This document shows, piece after piece, positions 27,277 to 36,332 of a stretch of 56,039 nt of DNA (the first letter of the stretch is position 1; the number at the start of each line of letters is the position of its first letter). The translations under genes were made by a program, and so were the position numbers. The notes under the pieces were generated by a model, which was not told the origin of the DNA, searched no databases, and saw only the letters and a program-made list of their open reading frames with translations. Source of the DNA: Chthonomonadaceae bacterium (lineage in GTDB: Bacteria; Armatimonadota; Chthonomonadetes; Chthonomonadales; Chthonomonadaceae); the NCBI GenBank assembly GCA_035650735.1, contig DASRGZ010000193.1:1-56039 (forward strand), in the 5' to 3' direction.

Positions 27277-29358
27277 TTGGGGCAGGCAGAGCGCGTGGGC
27301 GTGGATGTCGGAGGGACATTCACCGATTTTGTGTTGATCGGCTCCGACGGACGCCTGGAGGTGTTCAAGCGCGCCTCCACGCCGGCAGATCCGTCCGCAA
27401 GCGTGGTCGCGGGCCTTCAGGAGGCGCTGGCGGCGGGGGCGTTGACGCCCGGTTTTGCGCTGGCGCACGGCACGACCGTGGCCACCAATGCCCTGCTGGA
27501 GCGACGTGGCGCGGTGACGGCGCTGATCACGACGGCCGGATTCCGCGACGTGCTTGAGATCGGGCGGCAGGCCCGCGAGAACCTGTACTCATTTCACCCG
27601 GCCCGGCCCCGGCCCCTGCTGCCGCGCGAGCGCCGCCTGGAGGTGCGGGAACGCCTGGATTGGCGCGGCGAAGTCCTGACGGAGTTGGATAGCGCGCAGG
27701 CGGCGTGGCTGCTGGATGCTCTTCAAGCTCAGGAAGTGGAGTCACTGGCCGTCTGTTTCCTCTTTTCCTACCTGAACCCGGCTCACGAGCGGCAGGTAGG
27801 CCAGATGGCGCGGGAGCGGGGCTTTGCCGTTTCGCTCTCCTGCGAGATCGCGCCGGAGCCGCGCGAGTACGAGCGGACCAGCACGACCGTTGCCAACGCC
27901 TTCGTCGCGCCCGTGATGGCCGGGTACCTGGGCCGATTGGAGGAACGCCTGCGAGACCTGGGCGCGGGCAGCCTGCGGATCATGCAGTCCAACGGCGGGG
28001 CGCTCTCAGCACAGGAGGCGGCGGAGCGCGCGGTGGCGACGGCGCTCTCCGGCCCGGCGGGCGGCGTGGTGGCGGCGGCGCAGATCGGCCGGGAGGCCGG
28101 GCTGGATCGCCTGCTAACCTTCGATATGGGCGGCACCAGCACCGACGTCGCCCTGATCCAGGGGGGGCGCTGCCCGGTGGTGACGACGGCAGAGCTGGCT
28201 GGGATGCCCCTGCGCACGCCCATGCTCGACATCCATACGGTGGGCGCGGGCGGCGGGTCGCTGGCGCGATTGGATGCGGCGGGCGGGCTGCGCGTGGGGC
28301 CGCAGAGCGCGGGCGCCGACCCCGGCCCGGTGGCCTACGGCAAGGGCGAGACGCTGACGGTGACGGATGCCAACGTGCTGCTGGGGCGTCTGCCGGCCGA
28401 CGTGCTGCTGGCCGGGCGCCTGCCGCTGGATGGCGCTCGCGTTCGCGCCTACTTCCAGAAGCTGGCCGCACGGCTAGGGCGCACGCCGGAGGCGGCAGCC
28501 CTGGGCATTGTGGATGTGGCAAACGCGGCGATGGCGCGCGCCCTGCGCCACATCTCCGTGGAGCGCGGCCACGATCCGGCGGACTTCACGCTGCTGAGCT
28601 TTGGGGGCGCGGGCGGGCTGCACGCCTGCGCGCTGGCCGAGGCGCTGGGGATGCCCGCAGTGCTGGTGCCGCGCTATCCCGGCGCATTCTCCGCGCTGGG
28701 GCTGGCGCTGGCCGACGTACAGCGGGAGTACGTGCAGGCGCTGCCTCTCCAGGCCGAGCGCGTGGAGTGGAGCTCGCCCGCGATCTGGGAGGCACTGCGG
28801 CAGCAGTTTGAACGCCTGGAGCATCAGGCGGCGGAAGCCATGCGGCGCGAGGGCATCGCCCCTGGAAGCTGGCATAGCCAGCGGCTGCTCGACCTGCGCT
28901 ACGTGGGGCAGTCGTTCGACCTGCGCGTGCCGGTGGCGGCTGCGGACCTGCCGGCCACCATCGCGGCCTTTCATACCGCGCACCGCGCCCGCTACGGCCA
29001 TGCCGATCCCCGTGAGCCTGTAGAGGCCGTCGCCGTGCGTATCGTCGCCGTCGCCGCTTTGGAGCGGCCCCCGCTGGCGGTGGCGCTGCCGTCGTCGCCC
29101 GGTGCGCCCATCGGGGAAACGGAGGTCCTCTTTGCGGGGGGGCCGCAGCGCACGCGCCTCTATGCCCGCGAAGCGCTGGCGCCCGAGCAGTGTATCGAGG
29201 GGCCGGCCCTCCTCCTCCAGCCAGATGCCACCACGCTCGTCGAGCCCGGCTGGAGCGCCCGCGCCGATTCCAACGGCAACCTGCTCCTCACGCCCACCCT
29301 AAAGACACAGAGAAGCCCCAAAAACCCCAGCAGGATGAACAGGATTATTCAGGATTAA
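27277..29358 (+). CDS. Hydantoinase A / 5-oxoprolinase family subunit
   Basis: VDVGGTFTD; HGTTVATN; SGPAGG; DMGGTSTDV; GAGGGS; FGGAG. Confidence 0.93.
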   Translation: MGQAERVGVDVGGTFTDFVLIGSDGRLEVFKRASTPADPSASVVAGLQEALAAGALTPGFALAHGTTVATNALLERRGAVTALITTAGFRDVLEIGRQARENLYSFHPARPRPLLPRERRLEVRERLDWRGEVLTELDSAQAAWLLDALQAQEVESLAVCFLFSYLNPAHERQVGQMARERGFAVSLSCEIAPEPREYERTSTTVANAFVAPVMAGYLGRLEERLRDLGAGSLRIMQSNGGALSAQEAAERAVATALSGPAGGVVAAAQIGREAGLDRLLTFDMGGTSTDVALIQGGRCPVVTTAELAGMPLRTPMLDIHTVGAGGGSLARLDAAGGLRVGPQSAGADPGPVAYGKGETLTVTDANVLLGRLPADVLLAGRLPLDGARVRAYFQKLAARLGRTPEAAALGIVDVANAAMARALRHISVERGHDPADFTLLSFGGAGGLHACALAEALGMPAVLVPRYPGAFSALGLALADVQREYVQALPLQAERVEWSSPAIWEALRQQFERLEHQAAEAMRREGIAPGSWHSQRLLDLRYVGQSFDLRVPVAAADLPATIAAFHTAHRARYGHADPREPVEAVAVRIVAVAALERPPLAVALPSSPGAPIGETEVLFAGGPQRTRLYAREALAPEQCIEGPALLLQPDATTLVEPGWSARADSNGNLLLTPTLKTQRSPKNPSRMNRIIQD

Positions 29359-29455
29359 CAAGATTTCTAAAAACCTACTCAAGCCCTGCTTTTGTCTCTG
29401 TCTCTTGCCTTAATCCTGTAAATCCTGCAAAATCCTGTTCATCCTTATTCATCCT
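29331..29455. repeat. Inverted repeat of ~9-nt CAGGAT units (family D)
   Basis: CAGGATGAACAGGATTATTCAGGATTAACAAGATT ... AATCCTGTAAATCCTGCAAAATCCTGTTCATCCT. Confidence 0.75.
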
Positions 29456-29466
29456 ATTGGAATGTT

Positions 29467-30510
29467 TTAAAATCGGGGCCTGGCAGACTCGATCTCGGAG
29501 GCCAGAGCGAGGAAGCTCTGGTAGCGGCGCGGAGAGATAGCGCCGCGCTCCACCGCCATTTTGAGGTTGCAGCCGGGCTCGTTCTCGTGGCGGCAGTTGC
29601 GGAAGCGGCAGGGCGTCTCCAGGTGGGGCCGGAACTCGACAAAGCAGTCGGCCAGCTCCTCGCGCGTCATAGGAAGCAGTTCCAGCTGGCGCAGACCGGG
29701 TGTATCGGCGACCCAGCCGCCGCTTTCCAGCGGAATGAGCTCACGCACGGTGGTCGTATGCCGCCCCTTGTGGGTGACCTGTCCGGTCTCGCCGGTTTCC
29801 AGTTGCAGGCCGGGCTGCACAGCGTTGAGCAAGCTGGATTTGCCGACTCCGGAGGGGCCGGTGACGGCGGAGATATGCCCGCGCAGCGCGTCCCGCAACT
29901 CTTCCCTACCGAGACCCTGCTTGACGCTGGTGGCAAGCACGCGGTAGCCGATACGCTCAAACTCTCCAAATTGCGCCTGGAACTCCTCCTCGGTGACCAG
30001 ATCGCGTTTGTTGGCGATCAGCAGCGGCTCCAGGCCGTAGCATTCGGCGGCGACCAGCCAGCGGTCTATCCGCCACAGGTCGGGATTGGGTTCGGCGCAG
30101 GCGAAGACGATGACCAGTTGATCGAGGTTGGTCACCAGGGTCTGCTCAGCGCCACGGAAGGAGGCGCGGGCAAAGCGGGTACGGCGGGGAAGCACTTCCT
30201 CGATGACGCCGTTTTCGGCATCAACAAGCGTAAAGCGCACGCGGTCGCCGACGGCGACAGTATCGGTGGTGAAGGGGCGTTTGGCGCGCTGCACGCGGCG
30301 GGGCAGGCTGCCGCTAGTGGAAAAAGTGAAGCGCTTTTTCAGGTTGCCGCGCAGGGAACAGCGAATGGGGCGCGGGTAGCTGTCCTTATCCGTATCGGGC
30401 TGAACGATATAGGTGCCGGCGATGGCGCGGAGCACAATGCCTTCGCGCAGGCCATCAGCAATTGTCTCCACTGCCGACGGCGCGGCCTTCGGCTCGGGAG
30501 CAGGGGGCAT
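29467..30510 (-). CDS. rsgA: Ribosome small subunit-dependent GTPase A
   Basis: NKRD; GPSGVGKSS; GRHTTT; DTPG; CRFRNCRHENEPGC zinc finger. Confidence 0.96.
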   Translation of the reverse strand: MPPAPEPKAAPSAVETIADGLREGIVLRAIAGTYIVQPDTDKDSYPRPIRCSLRGNLKKRFTFSTSGSLPRRVQRAKRPFTTDTVAVGDRVRFTLVDAENGVIEEVLPRRTRFARASFRGAEQTLVTNLDQLVIVFACAEPNPDLWRIDRWLVAAECYGLEPLLIANKRDLVTEEEFQAQFGEFERIGYRVLATSVKQGLGREELRDALRGHISAVTGPSGVGKSSLLNAVQPGLQLETGETGQVTHKGRHTTTVRELIPLESGGWVADTPGLRQLELLPMTREELADCFVEFRPHLETPCRFRNCRHENEPGCNLKMAVERGAISPRRYQSFLALASEIESARPRF

Positions 30511-30789
30511 ATTCCTCACGTTGGTTCGATTCTCCTTCAGTTCGCGCTGCTGCATCCGGCTATGGCAGCGGTCAAAGTGCGCCTCCAAAGCGCAAACGCC
30601 ACCGGACGAGGGGCACAGAGCCAACCGGGGGCGCAGGGAACTTTGCAATCAAACCAACTTGTCTCCATTCGCAGTATGCTGGAATATAGCCCTCCCCCGG
30701 ATCGGGCGCAAGGGCAGCAGAGATACCGCCTGGCGCCCTTCTCCTCTCTGTCGTTTTTGCCACTCGTCTTGCTAAATACAACCTTAGTG

Positions 30790-30818
30790 AGTATACAGAG
30801 GCTTTTGCGGTTTGTCAA
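30790..30818 (-). promoter_or_regulatory. sigma-70 promoter upstream of rsgA
   Basis: TTGACA-N17-TATACT. Confidence 0.65.
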
Positions 30819-30893
30819 GCCAAAATTGCCCTTTGTTACTCTGCAATTCAACCGTTAAGAAACTGCCCGATGCAAGCGTTGTGGTTGGGCCAC

Positions 30894-30941
30894 TTACCTG
30901 GCAAAAAGGTAGACATCGAAGCGTTTGACTACCACTGCCAC
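30894..30941 (-). pseudogene. Stub of a PemK/MazF toxin (MAVVVKRFDVYLFAR*)
   Basis: Overlaps the antitoxin 3' end as in mazEF pairs; VKRFDVYL resembles the PemK N-terminus; stop after 15 codons. Confidence 0.7.
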
Positions 30942-31186
30942 TTGCCGGCCTCCCCTTCGGTCGGGGACAGCGTCTCTCCACCCAGCAGGCGGTCATCGCC
31001 CGCTTCTGCCATAGCTTGAAACTGGGCGTCCCATCCCTGCCGGGCAGACCGTGCCGAACGGACGACCAACTGTCCGGATTGGGCCTCGATCTCTACCTCT
31101 TCTGCCAAGCCGACCTGCTCAAGAAGCCACTTGGGAATACGGATGCCGTGCGAATTGCCTATCTTAATGAGGCGTGTTTTTGGTAA
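30929..31186 (-). CDS. AbrB/MazE/SpoVT antitoxin; canonical start codon apparently lost
   Basis: KTRLIKIGNSHGIRIPK...RQGW...F..MA; SD GGGAGGG is followed by TTA CCA AAA with no ATG; in-frame GTG at 31246. Confidence 0.8.
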   Translation of the reverse strand, partial: LPKTRLIKIGNSHGIRIPKWLLEQVGLAEEVEIEAQSGQLVVRSARSARQGWDAQFQAMAEAGDDRLLGGETLSPTEGEAGKWQW

Positions 31187-31312
31187 TCCCTCCCAACGGT
31201 GTGGACGTATCTCCTCAGCAGCAGGCTGCGTGAGATTGATCCACACGGCTGGGAGTGTCTACCGTGTTTTTACCGACGTACTCATAAGGTATACCTGCCT
31301 TACACGCAAATG

Positions 31313-31349
31313 GTAATTACAGGGTATACCCGACAAGCGGGAATGTCAA
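31313..31349 (-). promoter_or_regulatory. TA promoter TTGACA-N17-TACCCT with GTAATTAC palindrome
   Basis: Hexamer spacing; 8-bp palindrome at the predicted start site (possible autorepression operator). Confidence 0.55.
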
Positions 31350-31507
31350 GAGGCAAGCAACCTCTTAAAACGCACACGCGGAATGTGGCCCAATACCCCC
31401 GCAGCCTCCTGCCGCTCGAATGCCTGCTCCCTACACGGGAGTGCGCTGTTTCTATCCGAAGGCATAGGGTACAATGAGAAAGGTCAAGCCGAGAAGGAGA
31501 TTTCTTT

Positions 31508-31777
31508 ATGCCACATCCACGTTTCAGCGCGCAGGAAATCGGGCGGCGCGGCAAAGCACTCTACGAGCAGAATATCCGCAAGCACGTGGAAACAGAGGAG
31601 AATATCGGCAAGATCGTCTCTATTGATATCGAGACAGGGGAGTATGAAATCGGGGATAATGTTCCAAAATCGAGTGAGCGCTTGCTGGCAAAGCGACCTG
31701 ATGCGGCGTTATCCGGAATACGTATTGGGTACAACGCCGTCTATGCCCTCGGCGGCACGCTGACGCGGACGGTGTAA
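31508..31777 (+). CDS. Small conserved hypothetical protein (DUF5678-like)
   Basis: AAGGAG SD; RRGKALYE...GKIVSIDIETGEYEI...RIG. Confidence 0.7.
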   Translation: MPHPRFSAQEIGRRGKALYEQNIRKHVETEENIGKIVSIDIETGEYEIGDNVPKSSERLLAKRPDAALSGIRIGYNAVYALGGTLTRTV

Positions 31778-31798
31778 ATGCTCCGTTGCAAGGCGAAA

Positions 31799-32387
31799 TC
31801 ATGTTGCGGCGGAATGCACTGCCTGTAGCTGCGCGACGAAGGCCATATGTTCCGGACTGGCGAGACCTTCCTGCTGAACCTGCGCGACCGGCTGCATATC
31901 GCCCCGAATGAGGGCTGCCGCATCCAGCCACAAACCGGGAAAGACTCCGCCGCGATAGATGCCGGAGGGATCGAGTGGAAGCGACTCATAGCGGCCCTCC
32001 CGCAGCGCGAACCAGTCCACCGCCTGCTCCTGCACACGCCATACTACCTAACTCAAGTTGCTACCTTGCCTCTTCGAGAAGGCAAACGGTGATGCAAAAG
32101 CCGGTTTCCAGAGCGATTCTCTCTCAAACGTGTTCCTAGGTAGCAACTTGGGTTACATATTCGCGCACGCCGTTCCGACGATAGACGTTCCACTTCCCGT
32201 TTAGGTCGTAGCTGACGCTGCTGGCCGTCACTTCAAAGATAAGCTCCAGCGCATCCTCCACATAACCGTCCGCTTTCTTCAGGTTGGGCGTAGCGTCGTA
32301 ACGGCGTTTAAACTCGGCACGAGTTAGCCGGTCGCCATTCTGTAGAGGCGGAGTCCGTGTCGAGGGAGTAGGACGTGCGGTCGTCAT
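31799..32387 (-). pseudogene. Uma2 (DUF820) endonuclease pseudogene with internal deletion and insertion
   Basis: PPLQNGDRLTRAEF..RY...KKA joined directly to DGYVE; YRRNGVREY and VVWRVQ...FPGLWLD separated by an insert. Confidence 0.85.
32049..32155. mobile_element. ~107-bp MITE-like element with 18-bp terminal inverted repeats
   Basis: TAACTCAAGTTGCTACCT ... AGGTAGCAACTTGGGTTA (17/18 match) interrupting the Uma2 frame. Confidence 0.8.
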
Positions 32388-32425
32388 AGTTCTCTCCTTC
32401 TTTCCTGATAAACGCCCAAGAAACG

Positions 32426-33079
32426 CTATAAAATGCAGCCGCTCCTCGCGTTTTCGGCATAAGCCAGCAATTCCCTCTGCTGCTTTTGGTTCTCGTGCAG
32501 GAATCGGTCTATTATCTGCTCGACTTGTTTCGGGACATAGGCGTGAAGATGTCCCAGGCCGTGCAGGGCGCTTTCGATGCAGGCAATATTCGGTGAACTG
32601 AGGGCAAATTCCATGACATCCAGAACGGTATCATAAAAGAACGCTTGATACGGGCGGCCCTCCCAATACCCGAGCGGAGTCACGTCCCACAGCATGTAAC
32701 AGAAGTCATTGAGCGGCGTCGCGCCCGGCTCATCACGATGCGACAGAACGGGGCGGCAACGGACGGCGAGGCAATCGGAATAGAGATGCTTGATGGACAG
32801 CAGCGCGGCAGCTTTAATCTCTTTTGGCAGATCGGCATCTATCAATTGGAAGACATAGTTGGAGCAGGAGTTATTGAAAATATAGTGGAGGCCGCTGTTG
32901 ACTTGTACATCGTCGAAGCGCGTCAGATCAGTTCCAGCGCGCTGCATGGTCTCCATAAATAGCGCGACGAACTCTGCATCGCTCACCGGGAACAGGACAT
33001 CCGTGTGAAAGTACCAATCCGGGTCTTGCGGCGGGTGGTCGAAAACGTGGGCAATCCATCGGGTGTACAGATCGTCCAT
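32426..33079 (-). CDS. Hypothetical helical protein (217 aa)
   Basis: WIAHVFDH...CYMLWD...ESALHGLGH; own promoter at 33135-33163; alternative start 33109. Confidence 0.75.
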   Translation of the reverse strand: MDDLYTRWIAHVFDHPPQDPDWYFHTDVLFPVSDAEFVALFMETMQRAGTDLTRFDDVQVNSGLHYIFNNSCSNYVFQLIDADLPKEIKAAALLSIKHLYSDCLAVRCRPVLSHRDEPGATPLNDFCYMLWDVTPLGYWEGRPYQAFFYDTVLDVMEFALSSPNIACIESALHGLGHLHAYVPKQVEQIIDRFLHENQKQQRELLAYAENARSGCIL

Positions 33080-33134
33080 AGCAGCTTGTTCCTGTCCCTT
33101 CTCTTCCATTCTTCCGGTCTGCCGGGAGTGCGGC

Positions 33135-33163
33135 ATTGTAGCGAAAACAAAGCCGAGTGTCAA
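33135..33163 (-). promoter_or_regulatory. sigma-70 promoter TTGACA-N17-TACAAT
   Basis: Near-consensus; divergent from the liu operon. Confidence 0.7.
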
Positions 33164-33331
33164 CAGGGCCTGGCAATCTGTCATGTCGTCGCGGAACTGG
33201 TAGAGCCGAAAGCGATATGTTATACTGTAGCGGGCGCGCCCGCGCTTGCCGTTGCACTCCACAGCAAAAGTAGTTACGGCTCTGCCGCCGAGCGCGTTCC
33301 GTTGCCAATCTATTCCGAATAGGAAAGAGCC

Positions 33332-34939
33332 GTGGAAATCCTCGCAACGCGCATAGATACGAACGCACCTCATTATAGAGAGAACGCCGCGCACTATCGC
33401 GCGCTGGTGGCCGAGTTGCGCGAGCGGCTGGCGGCGGTCAAGCAGGGCGGCGGCGAAGAGGCGATCCAGAAGCATAAAGGGCGCGGCAAGATGCTGGCCC
33501 GCGAGCGCATTGACGCCCTCCTCGATCCCGGCGCGCCCTTTCTGGAGTTCAGCGCGCTGGCCGCTTATGGCATGTATGACGACGAGGCTCCCGGCGCGGG
33601 CATCGTCACCGGCATCGGGCCGATTCACGGGCAGGAGTGCGTCCTGGTCGCCAACGACGCCACCGTCAAAGGCGGCACCTACTTCCCCATCACCGTCAAG
33701 AAGCACCTGCGCGCCCAGGAGATCGCCCAGGAGAACCGCCTGCCCTGCATCTACCTGGTGGATTCGGGCGGCGCGTTCCTGCCGTTGCAGGCGGAGGTCT
33801 TTCCCGACCGCGAACATTTCGGGCGCATCTTCTACAACCAGGCGCGCATGTCCGCGCAGGGTATTCCGCAGATCGCCGCCGTGATGGGAAGCTGTACGGC
33901 GGGCGGGGCCTACGTCCCGGCCATGTCCGATCAGGCGGTCATCGTCAAGGGGACAGGGACGATCTTCCTGGGCGGGCCGCCGCTGGTGAAGGCCGCGACC
34001 GGCGAGGTGGTGACGGCGGAGGAGTTGGGCGGCGCGGACGTGCATACCCGATTGAGCGGCGTTGCCGACTACTTGGCCGAGGACGACCCGGACGCCCTGC
34101 GGATCGTGCGCGAGATCGTGGCGGGCCTCAACCGCCGCAAGCAGGTTCCCGCCGACCTCGCCCCGCCGGAAGACCCGCTCTACGACCCCGCCGAAATCTA
34201 TGGCCTCCTGCCCCGCGACCTCCGCCAGCCCTTCGAGGTGCGCGAGGTCATCGCCCGGCTGGTAGACGGCAGCAAGTTCCACGAGTTCAAGCCCCTCTAC
34301 GGCCCGACGCTGGTATGCGGGTTCGCGCGCTGGATGGGCTATCCGGTCGGGATTCTTGCCAACAACGGCGTTCTCTTCTCCGAAAGCGCGCTCAAAGGCA
34401 CGCACTTCATCGAGCTTTGCTGTCAGCGGCGCATCCCGCTCGTCTTCTTGCAGAACATTACCGGCTTCATGGTAGGCAAGAAGTACGAAGAGGAAGGGAT
34501 CGCCAAGCACGGCGCCAAGATGGTGATGGCGGTCTCCGATGCCGAGGTTCCCAAGTTCACGGTGATTATCGGCGGGTCGTTCGGCGCGGGCAACTACGGC
34601 ATGTGCGGGCGGGCGTTCGGCCCCCGACAGTTGTGGATGTGGCCCAGCGCGCGCATCTCCGTCATGGGCGGCGAGCAGGCCGCCAACGTCCTGCTGACCG
34701 TCAAGCTTGACCAACTTGCCGCGCGCGGCCAGACCCTGACCCCGGAGGAGCAGGCCGAGTTCAAGCGTCCCACCCTGGAGACCTACGAGCAGGAGGGCAG
34801 CCCTTACTATAGCACGGCCCGCCTCTGGGACGACGGCATCCTCGACCCGGTAGATACGCGCATGGCTATCGCGCTCGGCCTCTCCGCCGCCTACAACGCC
34901 CCCATCCCGGAGACCAAATTCGGCGTCTTTCGTATGTGA
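33332..34939 (+). CDS. liuB: 3-methylcrotonyl-CoA carboxylase carboxyltransferase (beta) subunit
   Basis: [46 protein letters not shown]-terminus. Confidence 0.93.
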   Translation: MEILATRIDTNAPHYRENAAHYRALVAELRERLAAVKQGGGEEAIQKHKGRGKMLARERIDALLDPGAPFLEFSALAAYGMYDDEAPGAGIVTGIGPIHGQECVLVANDATVKGGTYFPITVKKHLRAQEIAQENRLPCIYLVDSGGAFLPLQAEVFPDREHFGRIFYNQARMSAQGIPQIAAVMGSCTAGGAYVPAMSDQAVIVKGTGTIFLGGPPLVKAATGEVVTAEELGGADVHTRLSGVADYLAEDDPDALRIVREIVAGLNRRKQVPADLAPPEDPLYDPAEIYGLLPRDLRQPFEVREVIARLVDGSKFHEFKPLYGPTLVCGFARWMGYPVGILANNGVLFSESALKGTHFIELCCQRRIPLVFLQNITGFMVGKKYEEEGIAKHGAKMVMAVSDAEVPKFTVIIGGSFGAGNYGMCGRAFGPRQLWMWPSARISVMGGEQAANVLLTVKLDQLAARGQTLTPEEQAEFKRPTLETYEQEGSPYYSTARLWDDGILDPVDTRMAIALGLSAAYNAPIPETKFGVFRM

Positions 34940-34956
34940 TAACGGGAGAGCGCAGC

Positions 34957-35451
34957 ATGGCAATCACGGAAAAACTCAGGAATATGGCCGAGGAAGTGGG
35001 CATACGGTTGGAGCGGGTCGGCGGCATCCCGGTCTGGGAAGCGCAGCCGGTATACCGCCATCAAACCGTTATTTTTCGCATTCAAACCTCCATTCGGAGA
35101 ACAGAAGGAGGGAGTAACCAGTGCGGATGCGTTCATGTTTCCGATGTCTGTATCCGCTTCCCTGATGGCTCGCAAAAGCGCCCGGACATCGCCATCTTCT
35201 GCCGTGAGCCGGACGAGCAGGATGAAGAGATCACGCTTCTCCCCGAAGCCGTTATCGAAATCCTGAGCAAGGGCTACGAGGCCAAAGACCTCCAGATCGG
35301 CGTGCCCTTTTATCTGGCGCAGGGCATCCGGGATGTGATTGTGTTCGACCCCTACACCCTCAAGGTGCTCCATTTCCGGCAGAAGGAGACACGCGAGATG
35401 ACCTCGCCGGTCGAGATCGCGCTGGAATGCGGCTGCCTCTGTACGGTGTAG
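34957..35451 (+). CDS. Uma2 (DUF820) family endonuclease-like protein
   Basis: RPDIAI; PEAVIEILS; KD...FY. Confidence 0.8.
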   Translation: MAITEKLRNMAEEVGIRLERVGGIPVWEAQPVYRHQTVIFRIQTSIRRTEGGSNQCGCVHVSDVCIRFPDGSQKRPDIAIFCREPDEQDEEITLLPEAVIEILSKGYEAKDLQIGVPFYLAQGIRDVIVFDPYTLKVLHFRQKETREMTSPVEIALECGCLCTV

Positions 35452-35491
35452 CGCCCTAGAGACTGTGCGGTTGTCAGGAATAACGGCTGCG

Positions 35492-36274
35492 ATGAACTAT
35501 ACACGCTTACAAATAAGCCAGCAAGGAGCCGTGGCGGAGGTCACGCTGAACCGGCCCGACCTTCACAACGCTTTCGATGAGGCGCTGATCGCCGAGTTGA
35601 CGGAAGGCTTTACGCGCCTGAGCGACGATCCGAACGTGCGGGTGGTCGTGCTGAAGGGCGCAGGGAAGTCGTTCTGCGCGGGCGCGGACCTGACCTATAT
35701 GGGCAAGATGGCCGGGTACTCGCGGGAGGAGAACCTGGAGGATGCCCGGGCGCTCCAGCGAATGTTCGCGGCCATCGCGCACTGCCCGAAAGTCACCCTC
35801 GCGCGGGTGCATGGCGCGGCCATCGGTGGCGGTGCGGGGCTGGTGGCCGTCTGTGATCTCGCCATCGCCGCCGAAGAAGCCACGTTTGCCCTGAGCGAAG
35901 TACGGCTCGGCCTGGTTCCGGCGATTATCGGCCCCTATGTGCTGGAAAAGATTGGGATGGGCGCGGCCCGCGCCCTCTTTGTCACCGGGGAGCGCATTTC
36001 GGCGCAGGAGGCGCTGCGGATCGGCCTGGTGCAGCAGGTCACGCCCGCCGCAGACCTGGATGCGGCGCTAGAGAAGAAAGTGGAGCTTGCCCGTAAGGCT
36101 GGGCCGGAGGCGGTAGCGGCGGCAAAGCGTCTGCTGCGCGCTATTGCGGGCAAAACGCCGGAGGAGGCTGCCGAAACGACCGTCGAATGCATCGCGGCTC
36201 TACGCGTCAGCCCGGAGGGGCAGGAGGGCATCCGCGCCTTTTTGGAGAAGCGGAAACCCAACTTTGCCGAATGA
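35492..36274 (+). CDS. liuC: Methylglutaconyl-CoA hydratase (crotonase family)
   Basis: FCAGADL; GGGAGL..VCD; SEVRLGL; operon context. Confidence 0.88.
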   Translation: MNYTRLQISQQGAVAEVTLNRPDLHNAFDEALIAELTEGFTRLSDDPNVRVVVLKGAGKSFCAGADLTYMGKMAGYSREENLEDARALQRMFAAIAHCPKVTLARVHGAAIGGGAGLVAVCDLAIAAEEATFALSEVRLGLVPAIIGPYVLEKIGMGAARALFVTGERISAQEALRIGLVQQVTPAADLDAALEKKVELARKAGPEAVAAAKRLLRAIAGKTPEEAAETTVECIAALRVSPEGQEGIRAFLEKRKPNFAE

Positions 36275-36332
36275 AGCGCCCCAAAACCGATCCCAATTCT
36301 CATTAGGGGTAGCGTGCCATAACAAAGGAATT

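Noticed and set aside
32426..34963. 845-aa minus-strand ORF
   Set aside because: Mostly the antisense shadow of liuB; only the last ~217 codons look like a real gene, and they have their own promoter.
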